A stretch of DNA of 64,000 bases from Octopus vulgaris (lineage: Eukaryota): contig OX597822.1 in NCBI GenBank assembly GCA_951406725.2, forward strand, positions 56,916,001-56,980,000, written 5' to 3'. Positions 39,450 through 52,916 of this stretch are shown here, one piece after another. The notes beneath the pieces were generated by a model. That model was not told the origin of the DNA. It worked only from the letters and a program-made list of their open reading frames with translations, and made no database searches. The translations under genes and the position numbers were made by a program. How positions within the stretch are numbered: position 1 is the stretch's first letter; each line of letters starts with the position of its first letter.

Positions 39450-39727
39450 TTGAAAAGTTACTTATTGTTTCTTCTACTTGACACTTATTATGTCTAACCT
39501 ATTTTGCTAAGCTACGGAGACGTACACAAACTAACACTTGTCGAGTGGTGTGGGACAAACACAAAGACACGAGCTTCCACACAGTTTCCGTCTACCAAAT
39601 CCATTTACAAGACAATGGTCGGCCTGAGGCTTTTAGGAGAAGACACTTCTCCAAAGTGATTTCCAGTGGAACTGAACCACGTGGCTGGAAAGCGAGCTTC
39701 TTAACCATAAAGTCATGCCTGCACCTA
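39450..39727 (-). mobile_element. tRNA-derived SINE of the 11515 family
   Basis: Minus strand ggtgcaggcatgactttatggttaagaagc...ggttcagttccactgg...gatttggtagacggaaac. Confidence 0.75.
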
Positions 39728-39829
39728 TGAAATCTTTTCTTGAAGATATCCTCACACATACCAGTACTCCAGTACATACTCCAGAATTGATGATTCAAAT
39801 ATCAAGATGATCATGTGTACGTATAAAAT

Positions 39830-40195
39830 CCACCCTTCCATCTATCTATCTTTTCTGCTCACTATTCGTGGTGGTGAGAAGTCCTCAGGTATCTCCTCCA
39901 TAGGACCATATCAGAAGAGACCACCATTACACTTTCCCGCTGGATTCCCAACAACTGATGCTATGGATATCATCTAACCATCTCATTTTTTGTCTATCCT
40001 GAGGTCTCTTGCTGGTTGGCTCGGCTTGAAGAATTCGTCTTGCGACATTCTAACCAGATGCCCATAGTAGTGGGGCTGTAACTCGTCCAGGAGACTCCCT
40101 CGTCTCCGAACCATACACCCTGTCGAGTAACGTTACTTCAAAGATCCGTCGGAGGAATCCCATTTCGGCCGCTTGTATTCGTAATCATACTTTTA
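39830..40195 (-). mobile_element. RTE-clade LINE 3' fragment
   Basis: RIQAAEMGFLRRI..VTLLDRV and YYGHLVRM; short (GATA/GATG) tail. Confidence 0.75.
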
Positions 40196-40229
40196 CAGCC
40201 ATTACCCAATATTCATTAACATAAACCCT

Positions 40230-42235
40230 ACTCTTTGTAAAAGAAACAGAAGAGTCCTTATGAGACAGAGAATAAAGAGCTCTAATCGCTTAAATAAAGA
40301 AGTCATTGACAGCGAGAAATCCCTCCTAGAAGAGAAACTTTTAGAGATCGGAAATAAAATGAGACTACTCAATGAATAGGAAAGGATAAAAAGAGAAACC
40401 AAGGCAGTGGAAAATATTCTACAAGTTCGTGCCTTTTACAAGTCCGCGAAAGAGTGTACCTCAGTGCAATACAAGATAGGTGAAGTACTAAATAAGCAAC
40501 TCCAGAATGTCTTCACCTCTCTACTGGGAAACTGGCAAGTAGGCGAGCCTAAAGAGTTCTTCAACACTGCAGACCTACATGGGAAAAAGGCAACCATCGA
40601 TTACATCGACATGAAGGAGGAAGATGTAATATCAGCCATTGATGAGACAAGCTCAAACTCAACAACGGATCCGGATAGATTTCCGGGTGATCTCCTAACA
40701 ACATGCAGGAAAGCTCTCGCAGAACCACTACAGATACTTTTTCAGAGTGCCCTTGCATGTGGAGAACTTCCCAAACTGTTAAAAGAGTATCATATGCCCT
40801 GTCCATAAAGAAGGAAGCAGAGCAGATACTAATAATTACAGGTCTGTCTCTCTAAATTCACATGGTAGCAAGATCATGGAACGCATTGTCGGAAGGAGAA
40901 TGATCACGTTTCTGGAAGAGTATAACTTGCTCACAAACACATAACATGGTTTCTCGCCTAGGGAGGAGCAGTCTCAGACAGCTACTACAACATTATGATT
41001 GGATACTGAAACAACAGCTCAACCACTCAGATGTGGATGTAATATATTTCGACTTTGCCAAAGCTTTTGATAAGATTGATCATTTGACGATATATACAAA
41101 TGACGCGACCTTGGTATCACTGGAAAACTGAGAGTGGCTGCACGACTTTTTAAAGGATAGAAAGGATAGAAGCCAGGCAGTCGCAACCAATGATGATCTC
41201 TCTGGGGAGACATCAGTCCGCAGCGGAGTTCGTCAGGGAACTATACTGGAACAACCTCTGTTTGTGATTCTCTTTGACATTCCGTCAGTCGTACGGTCAG
41301 TCACTCTCACCAGCTACGCTGATAATACAAAAGTGTCTCAGGCCGTCAAGAGTCCTGATGACGTAGTAAAGCTGCAAAATGACCTGCATGCAATAAATAA
41401 ATGAGATGATGAAAATAGCATGCAGTTCAATGCTGATTAGTTTCAAACACTCCGTTATCGGCCCACAGACTACAATCGGAATACATAGGACCAGGGAGCA
41501 GTGCAATTCCAGAGTTAGAATTGGTACATAAGTAGTGATGCAATATTCCATGTGCATATTGTCAGGATGGTAATACTGTGCAGGAGAGTAGTTGGATGGA
41601 TCCTTATATCATTCAGAAACAGAAATAAGGATACCTTGATACTCCTTTGGAGGACATTTGTCCTCACTCGTTTGGATTACTGCTCCCAATTGCGGTCGCC
41701 GCAGAGCGTCAAATTGCTGGCGGAACTCGAGGCGATCCAGCGCCACTACACAAAGAAGATTGACTCGGTGAAACAGATGAGCTACTGGGAGAGCCTACAA
41801 GAACTGAAACTCTACTCCTTGGAGAGAAGGCGAGAAGGGTATGCAGTAATATACATATGGAAGAGCCTGGAAGGTGTAGCTCCCAACTTTGGATGGCACT
41901 GCATAATACCAAAGATATTGTCTTCTTCATCTCAGATAAGGACCCAGTATTGTTACGGCTTGAGTTTCAAGGAAGCAAAACTGCTTAACATCCTGCCAAG
42001 GAACCTAAGAGATCTGCATGTTGTAGATGGAAAAACCTTCAAGAAGCACCTGAAGAAATTTCTATATGAAATCCAGATGAGCCCATATCGCGGCAGGAGG
42101 CGGAGAGAAGAGCAGCTTCGTCCAATTCGTTTCTTCACCAAAAACAGTACCGAAAGGAAACTCGAAAACACTGAAAGGCGGTGCTCCAGTGTGACCCCAG
42201 CCTCTGGCTGAAACTAGTTAAACAATAAAAGAATA
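40230..42235 (+). mobile_element. CR1-like LINE 3' half with degenerate reverse transcriptase
   Basis: NYRSVSL, DVIYFDFAKAFDKIDH, SGVRQGTIL, YADNTK, RLDYCSQL, LKLYSLERRR; 3' tail ggcggtgctccagtgtgaccccagcctctggctgaaac. Confidence 0.92.
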
Positions 42236-42240
42236 TATAA

Positions 42241-42291
<51 letters not shown>

Positions 42292-42510
42292 ACTGATCTC
42301 ATTACAAATTGTAGCATTTATTTAGGTGTTACCTCCGGGGTAATATTCACAAAACTCAAAGAAAATGTATATGGATTGATACTGAACTTAAGCAGGCAGA
42401 TGTTTCAATATATTTAGCTTCCAGCAGAATTACTATTATGAAACAGTAATAAAATGTGCATTCTGCAAAAGAAGAATGAAGAAACTATTGGTTAATGTTT
42501 AAAAATTTGT

Positions 42511-42568
42511 TTCTCATAGCCTGACGTAGCTTCTCATATCCCGACGTCACTTCTCATAGCCTGACGTG
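42511..42568. repeat. Three 20-bp tandem units carrying CRE-like (T)GACGT motifs
   Basis: ttctcatagcctgacgtagc / ttctcatatcccgacgtcac / ttctcatagcctgacgtg. Confidence 0.85.
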
Positions 42569-42734
42569 GTGTGCGGTTCGCCAACTGACGCCTCACGAAT
42601 GAAAAACAAAATTAAAAACCAAAAACGTGTATAACGATCCCATCGTTGGATTTATATTTACCAACATAGTGTGTGAACAAGTACAAAAAGGTAAAATGCC
42701 GGTCAAAATATGTTTAGCTTTCTTTTACTTGTTT

Positions 42735-43110
42735 AAGTCAATGGACTGCGGCCATGCTGGAGCACCGCTCGGAAATGTTTTTCGTCGAACAAATCGACAC
42801 CAATACTTTTTTCATTTCCTTTCTTCTTTTTTTCTGGAAGACTTGTACTTATCCTATCGGCTCCTGTTAGCGAACCGCTAATTACAAGGACGTAAACAAA
42901 ACCGCACCAGTTATCAAGCGATGGTAGGAAAGAACAGATATAACGATGCACATACACACATATACACACATATATGCATCTATAAATGACAGGTTTCTAC
43001 ATAGTTTCCGCCTACCAAATTCACCCATCATTAGTCAGCCCATGGCTATAATAGAAGTCATTGCCCAAAGTGCCGCATACTGGGAATGAACCTGAAACTC
43101 TAAGGTTGCA
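42735..43110 (-). mobile_element. tRNA-SINE with CR1-like tail
   Basis: gactgcggccatgctggagcaccgc is the reverse-complement tail; body matches the 11515 family. Confidence 0.8.
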
Positions 43111-43204
43111 AAAATGCACATCTTGCCGGTGTCGATTGTAATTTTCACATTTCTTGTAACAATTACTCAAATTTATTTAATTCACAAAAACCTAGCCCTA
43201 TATT

Positions 43205-43418
43205 ATTTTCTATTCTAGGCACAAGGTCCAACTTTTTGGGGAAAGGGGCCAGTCGATTAGATCGACCGCAATACGCAACTGGTACTTAATTTATTGACCC
43301 CCGAAAGAATGAAAGACAAAGTCGACCTCGGCGGAATTTGAACTCGGGACGTAACGGCAGACGAAATACGGCTACGCATTTCGCTCGGCGCGCTAACGTT
43401 TCTGCCAGCTCGCCGCCT
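43205..43418 (-). mobile_element. Young Meta-domain SINE
   Basis: Complete head ggcggcgagctggcagaaacgttagc, core, tail ccttgtgcctagaatagaaaat. Confidence 0.88.
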
Positions 43419-43834
43419 TAAACCCAGCGCTATATTAGTGGTTTTGTGACATGTTAGAAATCATTAATGTTCACTCTTTTGCTGCAGACCGAATCTCCCA
43501 ATTATCAATCTCTCTCAACATCATCCTATTCACAGACTCTAATTTTAAGTGACAGTAATTTATAAGATATAAGATTGAAGTGCATTTATCGCAGCCTATT
43601 TTAAGCTGTTTTCTTCTCTTACTCCATTCTTTTAAATATCAAATAATGCAACTTGCTCGAAATTGTACGGAATATTTATTATCTCCTATTTATTTATTCA
43701 TCACTCGAAATTGTTTCAATTGAATTTTAGCGTAGATTTAAAACCATTGTGGAAATCTTATAAAAGATGAATAAAAAATAAAATAGAAGTATAAAACCTA
43801 TGAAAAATTTGCCGTAATTAATTCATATACTTAC

Positions 43835-43976
43835 CGAAAAAGCAAGACGCAAATATAATTGAATACAAAGTGCAGAAAATTATCTTCACGCGTAGCTGAT
43901 CAAAAGGATTTACAAATTCATTCCAGATTTTCTCTGTTGTATAATTGTTTGATATATTAAAATTTTCGGGAAGCAT
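43835..43976 (-). CDS. First coding exon of a rhodopsin-family neuropeptide GPCR, trissin-receptor-like (N-terminus plus TM1)
   Basis: MLPENFNISNNYTTEKIWNEFVNPFDQLRVKIIFCTLYSIIFASCFF-G: two N-glycosylation sequons and hydrophobic TM1, ending at a phase-1 donor G|GTAAGT inside the TM1 GN motif; polypyrimidine AG acceptor at 44152-44175 suggests the exon starts at 44151. Confidence 0.85.
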
Positions 43977-44479
43977 TCTGCTTGAGTTCTTCAGAAGTGA
44001 TATACTCCGCTTCAAATTGAAGTGATTTATTAATGTTTCTGTTTGAGGCTGGCGCTGCTTTTAGAAATGAAATTTTAATCCTATATTGAAAATATACTTC
44101 TTACCATTGTGCCGCCTTGAGTGTTGCAGAAGCTTCGATTTCCAGTGTAAACTTTAACAAAACAAAAAAAAAAACCAATTAGTTTGAATTCAAAGTGTTT
44201 TAAAACGATACAAAATTAACCAAACCATTTACAATAGATGGCAAAGACTGTTATTATCGTCAGTAACACAGGGTAATAAATTGACAGTATCGTTTGATCA
44301 TCAAATAAAAATACCTTGCTGTATTTATTCTATTTGTTTACATTCTGATTTCAAGTGCCAATGAGGTTAACCTTGCTTTTAATCATGCTAGAACCCGCCA
44401 AGCCCTTCCTCTAAATTTTTCATTTTTATTTTGCTTGGTGCCTTAATTAGAAACCATTATTTTTATTAGCTCATAGTGT

Positions 44480-44832
44480 TGAAATGGCAGAATCGTTAGT
44501 GCATCGAACAAACTGCATTCCGGTACTTATTCTAACACTTTACATTCTAAGTTCAAATCCCGCCTTTTATCTCTCCGAAGTCAATTTTGCCTTTCACTTC
44601 TCCGTGGTTAATCAAATAAAGTACCAATCAAATATTGGTTTCACACTTTGGCACAAAGCGAGCAATTTCGGGGTAGTGGGTAAGTCGGTTACATCGACTC
44701 TAATGATAAATTGGTACTTATTTTACGATCCCGAAAAGATGAAAGGCAAAGTCGACCTCGACAGAATTTGAATTCAGAACGTAAAGACGGATGAAATGCC
44801 GCTAAGCATTTTGCCCGTCTCACTAACGATTC
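44480..44832. mobile_element. Two Meta-domain SINEs in opposite orientation
   Basis: Plus copy tggcagaatcgttag (44486); minus copy cccgaaaagatgaaaggcaaagtcgacctc, truncated in its head by the adjacent LINE. Confidence 0.75.
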
Positions 44833-47800
44833 TTGATTTTTTATTGCCCACTAGGGGCCAACATAGAGGGGACAATACAATCTGATTTTGAGGTCAGATA
44901 CAAAAAATGGTATAAAATTAAGGTGATATTAAAAATTCAGTACAAAATATAAATACGAATGAGAAACAAAACAAAAGAAAAAAACTGATAGAGTGATGTG
45001 TAAGCTCTTGAACCCACGAGTCCCAATCCACCACTGATAACGGTGGTAGACCTTTGTCATGTTCACGTGGTTACACTCATATACAACATTCGTACCACAT
45101 ACTTCCATCTATGATTAAACATTTTCTCTGACAGGCATCTTCTCTCCAGCTTCACTTTCTTTTTCAAGTGAAAAGCGAAATATCCTTGTAGATCGAGGCC
45201 AGATCGCGATTGCAACTACTATGAGAAAACAATGCTTACCTTCTTTCGTCAAGAAATCAGGTAGGTCAATTTTTAAAATTGACTCAGACGAAAGCTGTAC
45301 TCTTACTGTAACAGATATTCAGTATAAGCCCACACCTCAGACACCCCGAGCACAGAACAATAGCGTGCAGGATGGTTTCTCTTTCCTGCCCGCATCTTGG
45401 ACAGATCGCTTTGACCGTGTCTTGCGGGCTTATCCTGAACGGTCAAGGCTCCTCGGTAACACTGCTAGGTCAAAGACTTTTGGAAATTATCCAGTGTCTT
45501 CGGCCCCAAAGTACGTTGGAACAGACTGTCTAGTTGATTATCCTCGAGAACCAGGTTCGCTCCAAAACCCAAGGAATCGTCACATTTAGCCTCTACCAAA
45601 CCACTATAGAAAAATGCTTTTGAACCACCGCGGCTGGCATTGCCCGAGTGACGGAATAGCAGGAGTGCCTTACGGCACTCCAAACGCCATATATCCAACT
45701 TAGATCTTCGATAGCACCAGGTTTCCCGTCCACCGAAACTAGTGAACGTAGGATACATCTGTTTCGCCAGCGGAGACCACATCAGTTCACTATCCAGGAG
45801 GAGCCAAAGATGCCTCAACCTCAACGCACCAACAGTCAAGGCATCCTTAGCTCTCCCTTTAACGGTTTTTGACAGCAGATAGAACATCTCACAAGTGGTT
45901 TCGAGCCCTTCCACAAAAAGCAAAAGAGCTGTCTTGCCAATTTGTTCAACCACGACGGTTAGGCGGTAAGTGATGACCGATGCGATAAACACATTGGCCA
46001 CCTTAGCCGGCCCTTTTGGGGATAGCCACCGCCCGGACCAGGTCCTGACTATGTTGTTCACCCTGCTCGAAACTTCAGCCCAGTTCTTTTCTACCTGGAG
46101 ATGTGGCCCAAACCAGACGCCTAGAAACTTAACAGAGCCTTCCGTCCAACGTCCCACGACGCTGTCTGGAGGCATCGAAGTACCCCTCCAGGTGCTGAGT
46201 TGCAAGCCGACTAACTTATCCCGATTAATCTTTGTTCCTGGCACTGTCTCACAGACCTCAATGGCCTCGTATACCTTCTGTATGTGTTCTATTTTGCTCA
46301 CGATGATGGTGATGTCATCCGCATTAGCTGAAACCGTCTCTCCACTGACTGGCCCTCTCGAGATGCCACTCAACTGTCGCAGTAACTGTTCAAGAGCTAT
46401 CGCGTACAATAGCGGTGCGAGGGAAGACCCTTGACGAACCGAGCGTTTGAAACAGAACGCTTTGAACAGAAAACCGTACACCCGAACGATCGAGTCGATG
46501 TTATCATACAATTGAATTATCAACCTAATGAAGCCAAGACCCAGGCCGAACTGTGCAAGAACACATACCAGGTAATGATGGTCAGCCCTATCGAATGCCT
46601 TAGCTTGGTCTAAATGAACCACTGTCCCACCCTTGCCACAACTTTCAAACTCCTCTAAGGTGTAGCGTAGAAGGTGGAGATTGTCCCGAATGCTTCTGCC
46701 GGAGATGGCATAAATCTCTGCCTCCCCAATCAGACCATCTGCTACACGCGCCAACCTTTTTGTAAGCTCCTTGGCTAAAATCTTCGACTCTGTGCTAATC
46801 AAAGTGATGGGCCGGAAATTATCTAAACAATCCCTCTTTCCGGGTCCTTTCTGATCAGTGTCACCACTCCCCGGCGCACAGAATTGGGAATAAACCCATT
46901 TGTTGCCAGTTCGTGTACACACTGGCCAGCAGGTGCTCGAACAAGTCTGGCATACTTCTATACAACTCGTAGGGCAGACCATTCAGTTCCGGTGACTTAC
47001 TTACGCCATAGTCTGCTATAGCCTCAATTACTTCCTCATGTGTGATCAGCCCTTCACAAGACTCTCCATGCCGCCCCGAGAGGCGCGGCAGCCCGGCGAA
47101 GAAATTTGCTAGGTCCCTCCTACTGTCCGGTCTATCGCTTCCCTCGAAAAGCTGGGCGAAGTGCTCCTGGAAGGCCTCACACATCTTCTTGGGTTCGTTT
47201 ATCCTTGATGATTCACCAAAGCTCGTACTGTGGAATCATTTCTACGCTGGGCTTCCACCACTCGGGCCCATCCAGCGACCTTGTTTCCCTTGCAACTCAC
47301 TGCACGTAGTCTAGCCCTGACAATGCACCCCATATGCTTGGCTTCGAGGAGCTGGTTTAGTTCCAGTCTCTTCGCCTTCACCTGGGTTGCACTGCGAGTC
47401 CTCGTGGTTTCCTCTATTGCCTTAACTAAACCTCGTTCCTGCCTACGTTCACTAGCCACTAAACCTATGCTATATCTAATAGACTCTAATCAAATGGTTC
47501 GTTTGAGGGCACACCACCATTTATTATTAATGATGGCTCCTGTTAACGCCCTCTGTATCAACAACTTAATCCGCTTTCTGTACTCCTCAATCGCCAAAAG
47601 GGACGTATTGAGTTTCCAGTAACCAGATCCTAGTCTATATACTTTATCTAGGTTCAACTCACAAGTGACCAACTTATGATCACTGTAGCTGACCGGATAA
47701 AACTTTGGACTCTTAGCTATGTTCTTATCAGCTTTCCTAATTAAAATTTTATCTAAATCTATGTACGACCTGACCTACCCGTCGCCAGTTGACCATGTTC

Positions 47801-47970
47801 CATCCTATATGGATCTGCTAGCTGAAAACGACTTAGCAGTTCCCGGAGGCCAATGTTATTATCTGTTCTCGAGCCACAGATTGTGTTAAAGTCTCCTAAC
47901 AAAACTAGTGAATGTGACGTACTCAGAAACTTCTGTAGGTCACGAAAACACTTGCTTTGACCGGCGTCAG
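44833..47970 (-). mobile_element. Tx1/L1-clade LINE ORF2 (APE-RT-zinc finger), degenerate
   Basis: LVLLGDFNT, SDHKLV, GSGYWKLNTSLL, NFRPITLIS, LDQAKAFDRADH, VRQGSSLAPLLY, ANADDIT, FLGVWF, CPRCGQERETILH; 3' tail with aataaa. Confidence 0.93.
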
Positions 47971-48387
47971 GTGATCTCATATCAAGAAAAACAGCGCATA
48001 ATCAAGTAGATGGGGCACAGTTAGAATTTTCTTCAGGTCGAGTAGCCATCCAGCTCAAAAGGTCTCTGAATAAGGGTTGTTTTAATGATAATGAAAAAAA
48101 ACAGCCATGTTTCCTGAGGTGAATTATCCAAACCCAAAAGAACTCCTCTCAACACATGGCTATGGTGCCCTCTCCCACTACCTCTGCTCGGGATCAGAGA
48201 TGCACATATCGTCAGCCACTAAGGAACATGCTCAACTGGTTAAGGTCAAACAACTGACAAGTAATTCTATGGTATTGAGCAGAATATTTACTGTAGCCCA
48301 TCTTTTATACCAAGACAAAACAAAGTACATGATAACACTCCCAATCAATTAAGATCAAAAGTCATGAGAGCCACTGCCTGGTACACA
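47971..48387 (-). mobile_element. Truncated copy of the (TAA)n-associated ~540-bp element
   Basis: High identity to 52506-52917; abuts (TTA)n. Confidence 0.85.
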
Positions 48388-48466
48388 TTATTACTATTAT
48401 TATTATTACTATTATTATTATTATTATTATTATTATCATTATTATTATTATTATCATCATCATTAT

Positions 48467-48950
48467 GCGATGAAAACACACAGCTTATTTTTCTGGGTAT
48501 GATGGTGTCAGCTGTCCACAGCAGATTAAGCTGACACTTGTTTACTGGTCATACTTCAAGAATCCTGCGATGAATTCTTGCAGTTCCAAGCAATGCTGAT
48601 TTTTGTAGATGTTCTACCATCACACTTGCACCAGTCTTATCCAGCCATGTTGGTAGTTGAGTGCTGATACTTCCAATTGCACCAATTACTATTAGTATCA
48701 CGTCTACTCTCCTCATTGACTACAAACTTCGTATTTCCCACTTCAAATTGTCATAGTTGTTTATTTTTTCTTCTTTTTTCACATTGATCCGGGGCATGTT
48801 ATGTCGATTATCATATATGTTGGGTTTTTTTTCTTCACAAGTATGTCCGGTTTCCGATGCCTGGTCGGGTGATCGCATTGGACTATTGCATCCCACAGGA
48901 TTTTTTCAATTCTCATTTTCAGTGACTCCTTCTGCTGTTAGGTTTTACAC
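48467..48950 (-). mobile_element. R4/Dong-type LINE 3' fragment (restriction-like endonuclease)
   Basis: WDAIVQCDHPTRHRKPDIL, DITCP, NYDNLKWEI, VIGAIG, LQKSALLGTARI; 3' end joins (TAA)n, the known Dong target. Confidence 0.88.
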
Positions 48951-49674
48951 GTTTTGAGAAGGCGTTATCACCGATATAATGTCTCTTTTTCTAGTTTTCT
49001 TAACACTAGTAAAATTCCTACTACTGGTTGATACTTGTTAAATTCTCAGCTACACTTATTGCTAAGCATTGAATTGTTACTCTTGTTTACCTGCGCATTA
49101 GTAGTTACTCGAAGATACTATATTCTACTAGTTTATAGAGATGTCACCTTTTTTTATACTTTTAGTATTAGTATTCTCATAGGTGTAGAAAGAATGCCGA
49201 CAATTAGCAATTTTGGAACATATTTTAGTATTATTAGTTAGAAAGTAGTTTTCTTGGAAATATCTATTTTTGTTTTACTATTTCGTTCTTGCTTCTTTTC
49301 AATATTTTCCCACTTTTCAATGATTATCATGTTGGTATCCATATCTTAGTATTATCAGTTTATTTAATAGTGTGATAAATATCAGATTTACGATAATGTT
49401 TTGTTTATGTTTAATTTTATTTTCTATACTGACTTAACGTTTCAGTTTTGGCTTGTTTTGGTGAACATCGATGAGGAAGTATTGCAATATTATTATTATT
49501 AAGTGCATGCGATATTTTTTGTTATGTATGATTGGCTTTAATTAGATATATAAACTGTTTTCTTCTCAAAACCAATTCTTCGAATATTTTCAATATAGTA
49601 ATCTATATTTACGTTGAAAATATTCTCGTTGACCTATCAGAAAATCTAAGAGAAACATTCGGACCTAAATTTAT

Positions 49675-49880
49675 TGGCTTCAAATTTTGACACAAGTTCA
49701 GCAATTTCAGGGGATGGAGTAAGTCGATTATACCGACCCCAGTGCTAACATGATACTTATTTTATCGACTCTGGAAGGCAAAGTCTAACCCGGCGCCATT
49801 TGAACTAAAAATGTTAAGTCGGAAGAAATGTCGCTAAGCATTTTGTCCGGCGCAGTAATGATTCTGCCAGCTCGCCGTCT
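49675..49880 (-). mobile_element. Meta-domain SINE
   Basis: cgaccccagtgct...ttatcgac...attctgccagctcgccg. Confidence 0.8.
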
Positions 49881-50545
49881 GTTTCTAACTAAAGTATCAA
49901 TAAGTAATCTAGTGTGATTAGAATGTTTCTTTTGTTTGTTATACAAACCTGATTATAAGGTAACACCTTTCATAAAGACATTTTCGTTAATGAAACACGT
50001 ATACGAATGTAATGAATAAACGTAAAAAATTATCGCCATTCTTTTATTTATTCATGCTATGTTTGGAATATCGATGCAAAACTACAAGATACTTCAAACT
50101 ATAAAGAAACACATGGAATTTTAAACATTGGTTCTATGCCGTATTCTATATACCGCATAATCTCGTAGGTCATTCGCCTTCACTGAAACTTTCTTATATC
50201 GTTCATTATAGCTTTTATCTGAAGGTTTGTTTTTGTGAGGGCTCTGGGTGTTATTTTCCGTAGGTTGAGCGGTAACTGAGTTATTGTGTGTGTTAAAATA
50301 TTGATATGATAGTAAAAGTGTTTGATATGCAAATGAGTGTTTGCGAACACTAAAATACGTCAGTTTAATTATTTGTAGAAAAAAAACATATTCCCCACAT
50401 GCAAATTATCATCACATAGAAGTAACCAAGTTTTCGTTAACTGCTTTGGGTGTCTAAACAGTTGCGAGCAGCCATAAACACCCTTTCTGTCCACTTTGAC
50501 CCAACAGAATATCGAGGAAGTAACAGCTGAAGAGAGGGAGGGAGA

Positions 50546-50584
<39 letters not shown>

Positions 50585-51664
50585 TGTGTTCGAAAGAAAG
50601 AGTGTGTTCCAGAGAGAGCAACATCAGTACTAAACTGATCCTTATTTCAATTAGAGTAACACAAAATGAAGCACTTTGCTCGGGCACATAACACACGTAC
50701 CGGTCCAGGAATCGAATTCGTAAATTATTTATGTAAATATATAGATTTCAGACAAATCTATAAATATATAAAAGATTTAAAACATATAAAAGTATGTTTT
50801 TTTGCTACATTGTAATTTGCAATCGATTTTCCTTAGCCAATATTTAAATTATTTTGGGATTTCTTATCTATTAATCAGGAGGGAAAATAATACCAAAGAT
50901 ACGTAAAAGGGACCCCCAAGACTCGCGGGAGGGAACGAAGAACCTTCAAACCGGAGAGTTGACCCGAATACTTGCCACAAAGTAAACTCACTAAAAGCCC
51001 CCACCCCCACCCCTCACAGTGACACAAGTAGTCGGTACATTTTAGTAAAATATTCTCAGTTAAATGTCAGTGAATATGTATTACTATAAACGCTGGAGCA
51101 ATTCGCAGGTAGTCAACATAACTGAAATGAAAGATCATTAGCTCGGGGATTTACAGGTATCTTGGTTCAATCCCAAATATCGAAATTGTCATTCGGTTTT
51201 ATTTTGTTCTTGAAAATATTCCTAATCAAAACTTCTATAGTTTTTCAGGAAAGTGGTAGAAGGAAGGGTTTCGATCACATTATTTAAAAAATATTTTGTA
51301 AATTTTGCAATTACCTTAGTTATATCGCCAACTGTGAAACCAATAATAGCTGCCAAAATTTATTGAGCGGTACCAGAGCATAAGATTGTAAAGGATAAAC
51401 TTCAAGTAGTGACTCGAGCAGATTTGGTAATATTGAATTATACCGAGCAGATATTATTGGACTATACCGAGAAAATTTTGACACTTCGTTGAATTGCATT
51501 TCGGACTAGGGTTATATATGTGCGTCTGTGTGTGTGTGCATTTGCTCGAATATTTTACAATTCCATTTGTGTGCGCGTGCATATGTCTGTCTATACCTGC
51601 AATGTGCGTAAGAAAACGCACGAAGTAGTATCTTCCTCTTAAGCTACCATCACACCACGACGCC

Positions 51665-52270
51665 AGGCACAAGGCCAGCTATTTTGAGATAGGGAATAGA
51701 TCGATTACATCGACCCCAGTGCTCAGCTGGTACTTATTTCATCGACCCGGAAAGGATGAAAGGCAAAGTCGACCCCGACCGAATTTGAACTTGGAACGTA
51801 AAGAAATGTCGCTAAGCATTCCACTCGGCGTGCTCTCGATTCTGCCAGCTCTCCGCCTTAAATCATGTTTAATTCTTATAAAGCAAGTAACAAATAATGA
51901 TTTCAGACTTTAGTAAAAAGCCAGTAGATTTTTTAAGGAAGGGGAAGTCGATTACAACGACCCTAGCACATGACTGGTACTCTTTTTATAGACCCTGAAA
52001 AGATGAAAGTCAAAGACGAACTCGGTGGAATTTGAGCTCAGAACTTTAGCAGTAGCTAAGTGTTTTGACCGGTGTGCTAATGGTTCTACCAGTAAGAAAT
52101 AATTTTTTTCTGTTATTGACATAAGACCTAAAGTTCTAGAGTAGCAGGTATCATCGATCACATCGACTCCATAGCTCGACTGATGCTTATTTCATCGACC
52201 ATTAAAGGTATAAAAGGTAAAGTCGATCTCAGCTGAATTTGAGCCCAGAACGTAGTCGGACGAAATGCCG
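51665..52270 (-). mobile_element. Tandem cluster of three Meta-domain SINEs
   Basis: Repeated cgattacatcgacccc...gaaaggatgaaaggcaaagtcgac blocks. Confidence 0.8.
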
Positions 52271-52373
52271 ACTTAGATGATAATGATAATATTAATATTA
52301 ATAATATCATGTTCTTATTCTTATTATTGTTGTTGTTATTATTATTATTATTATTGTTGTTGTTATTATTATT

Positions 52374-52916
52374 GAGTGAGAGAGCAGTTCATGCCATCAA
52401 AGTGACACTGAGGTAAAATATACGAAGCCCAGTTTACCCGTCATGATTACCCGTTTGAAAAGAGTACACTAGGCACATGCATCACAACCATACGTGCGCG
52501 ATATGGTGATCTCATATCAAGATAAACAGCACATGACCTTGCAGGTGGGGCCCAGTTAGAATTTTCTTCTGATCGAGTAGCCCATCTCGCTCAAAATGTC
52601 CTTGAATAAGCATTGTTTAAGGATGTTGAACGAACCACCCATGTTTCCAAAGGTGAATTATCCAAACCTCCAAGAATTCCTTTCAACACACAGCTATGAT
52701 GCTCCCCCACTACTTCTGCTCGTGGTCAGAGATGCACATATCGTCAGCCACTAAGGGACATGCTCAACTGGTTAAGGTCAACAACTGAAAAGCAAATCTG
52801 TGGTATTGAGCAGAATATTTACTGTAGCCCATCTTTTATACCAAGACAAAACAATGTGCATGATAACACTCCCAATCAGTTAAGATCAAAAGTCATGAGA
52901 GCCACTGCCTGGTACA

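Noticed and set aside
42511-42568. CRISPR-like short repeats (also 16788-16872)
   Set aside because: No unique spacers, no cas genes, eukaryotic context; simple tandem repeats
48990-49640. Possible additional Penelope remnant (also 37030-38100)
   Set aside because: Only vague motif resemblance in very AT-rich sequence
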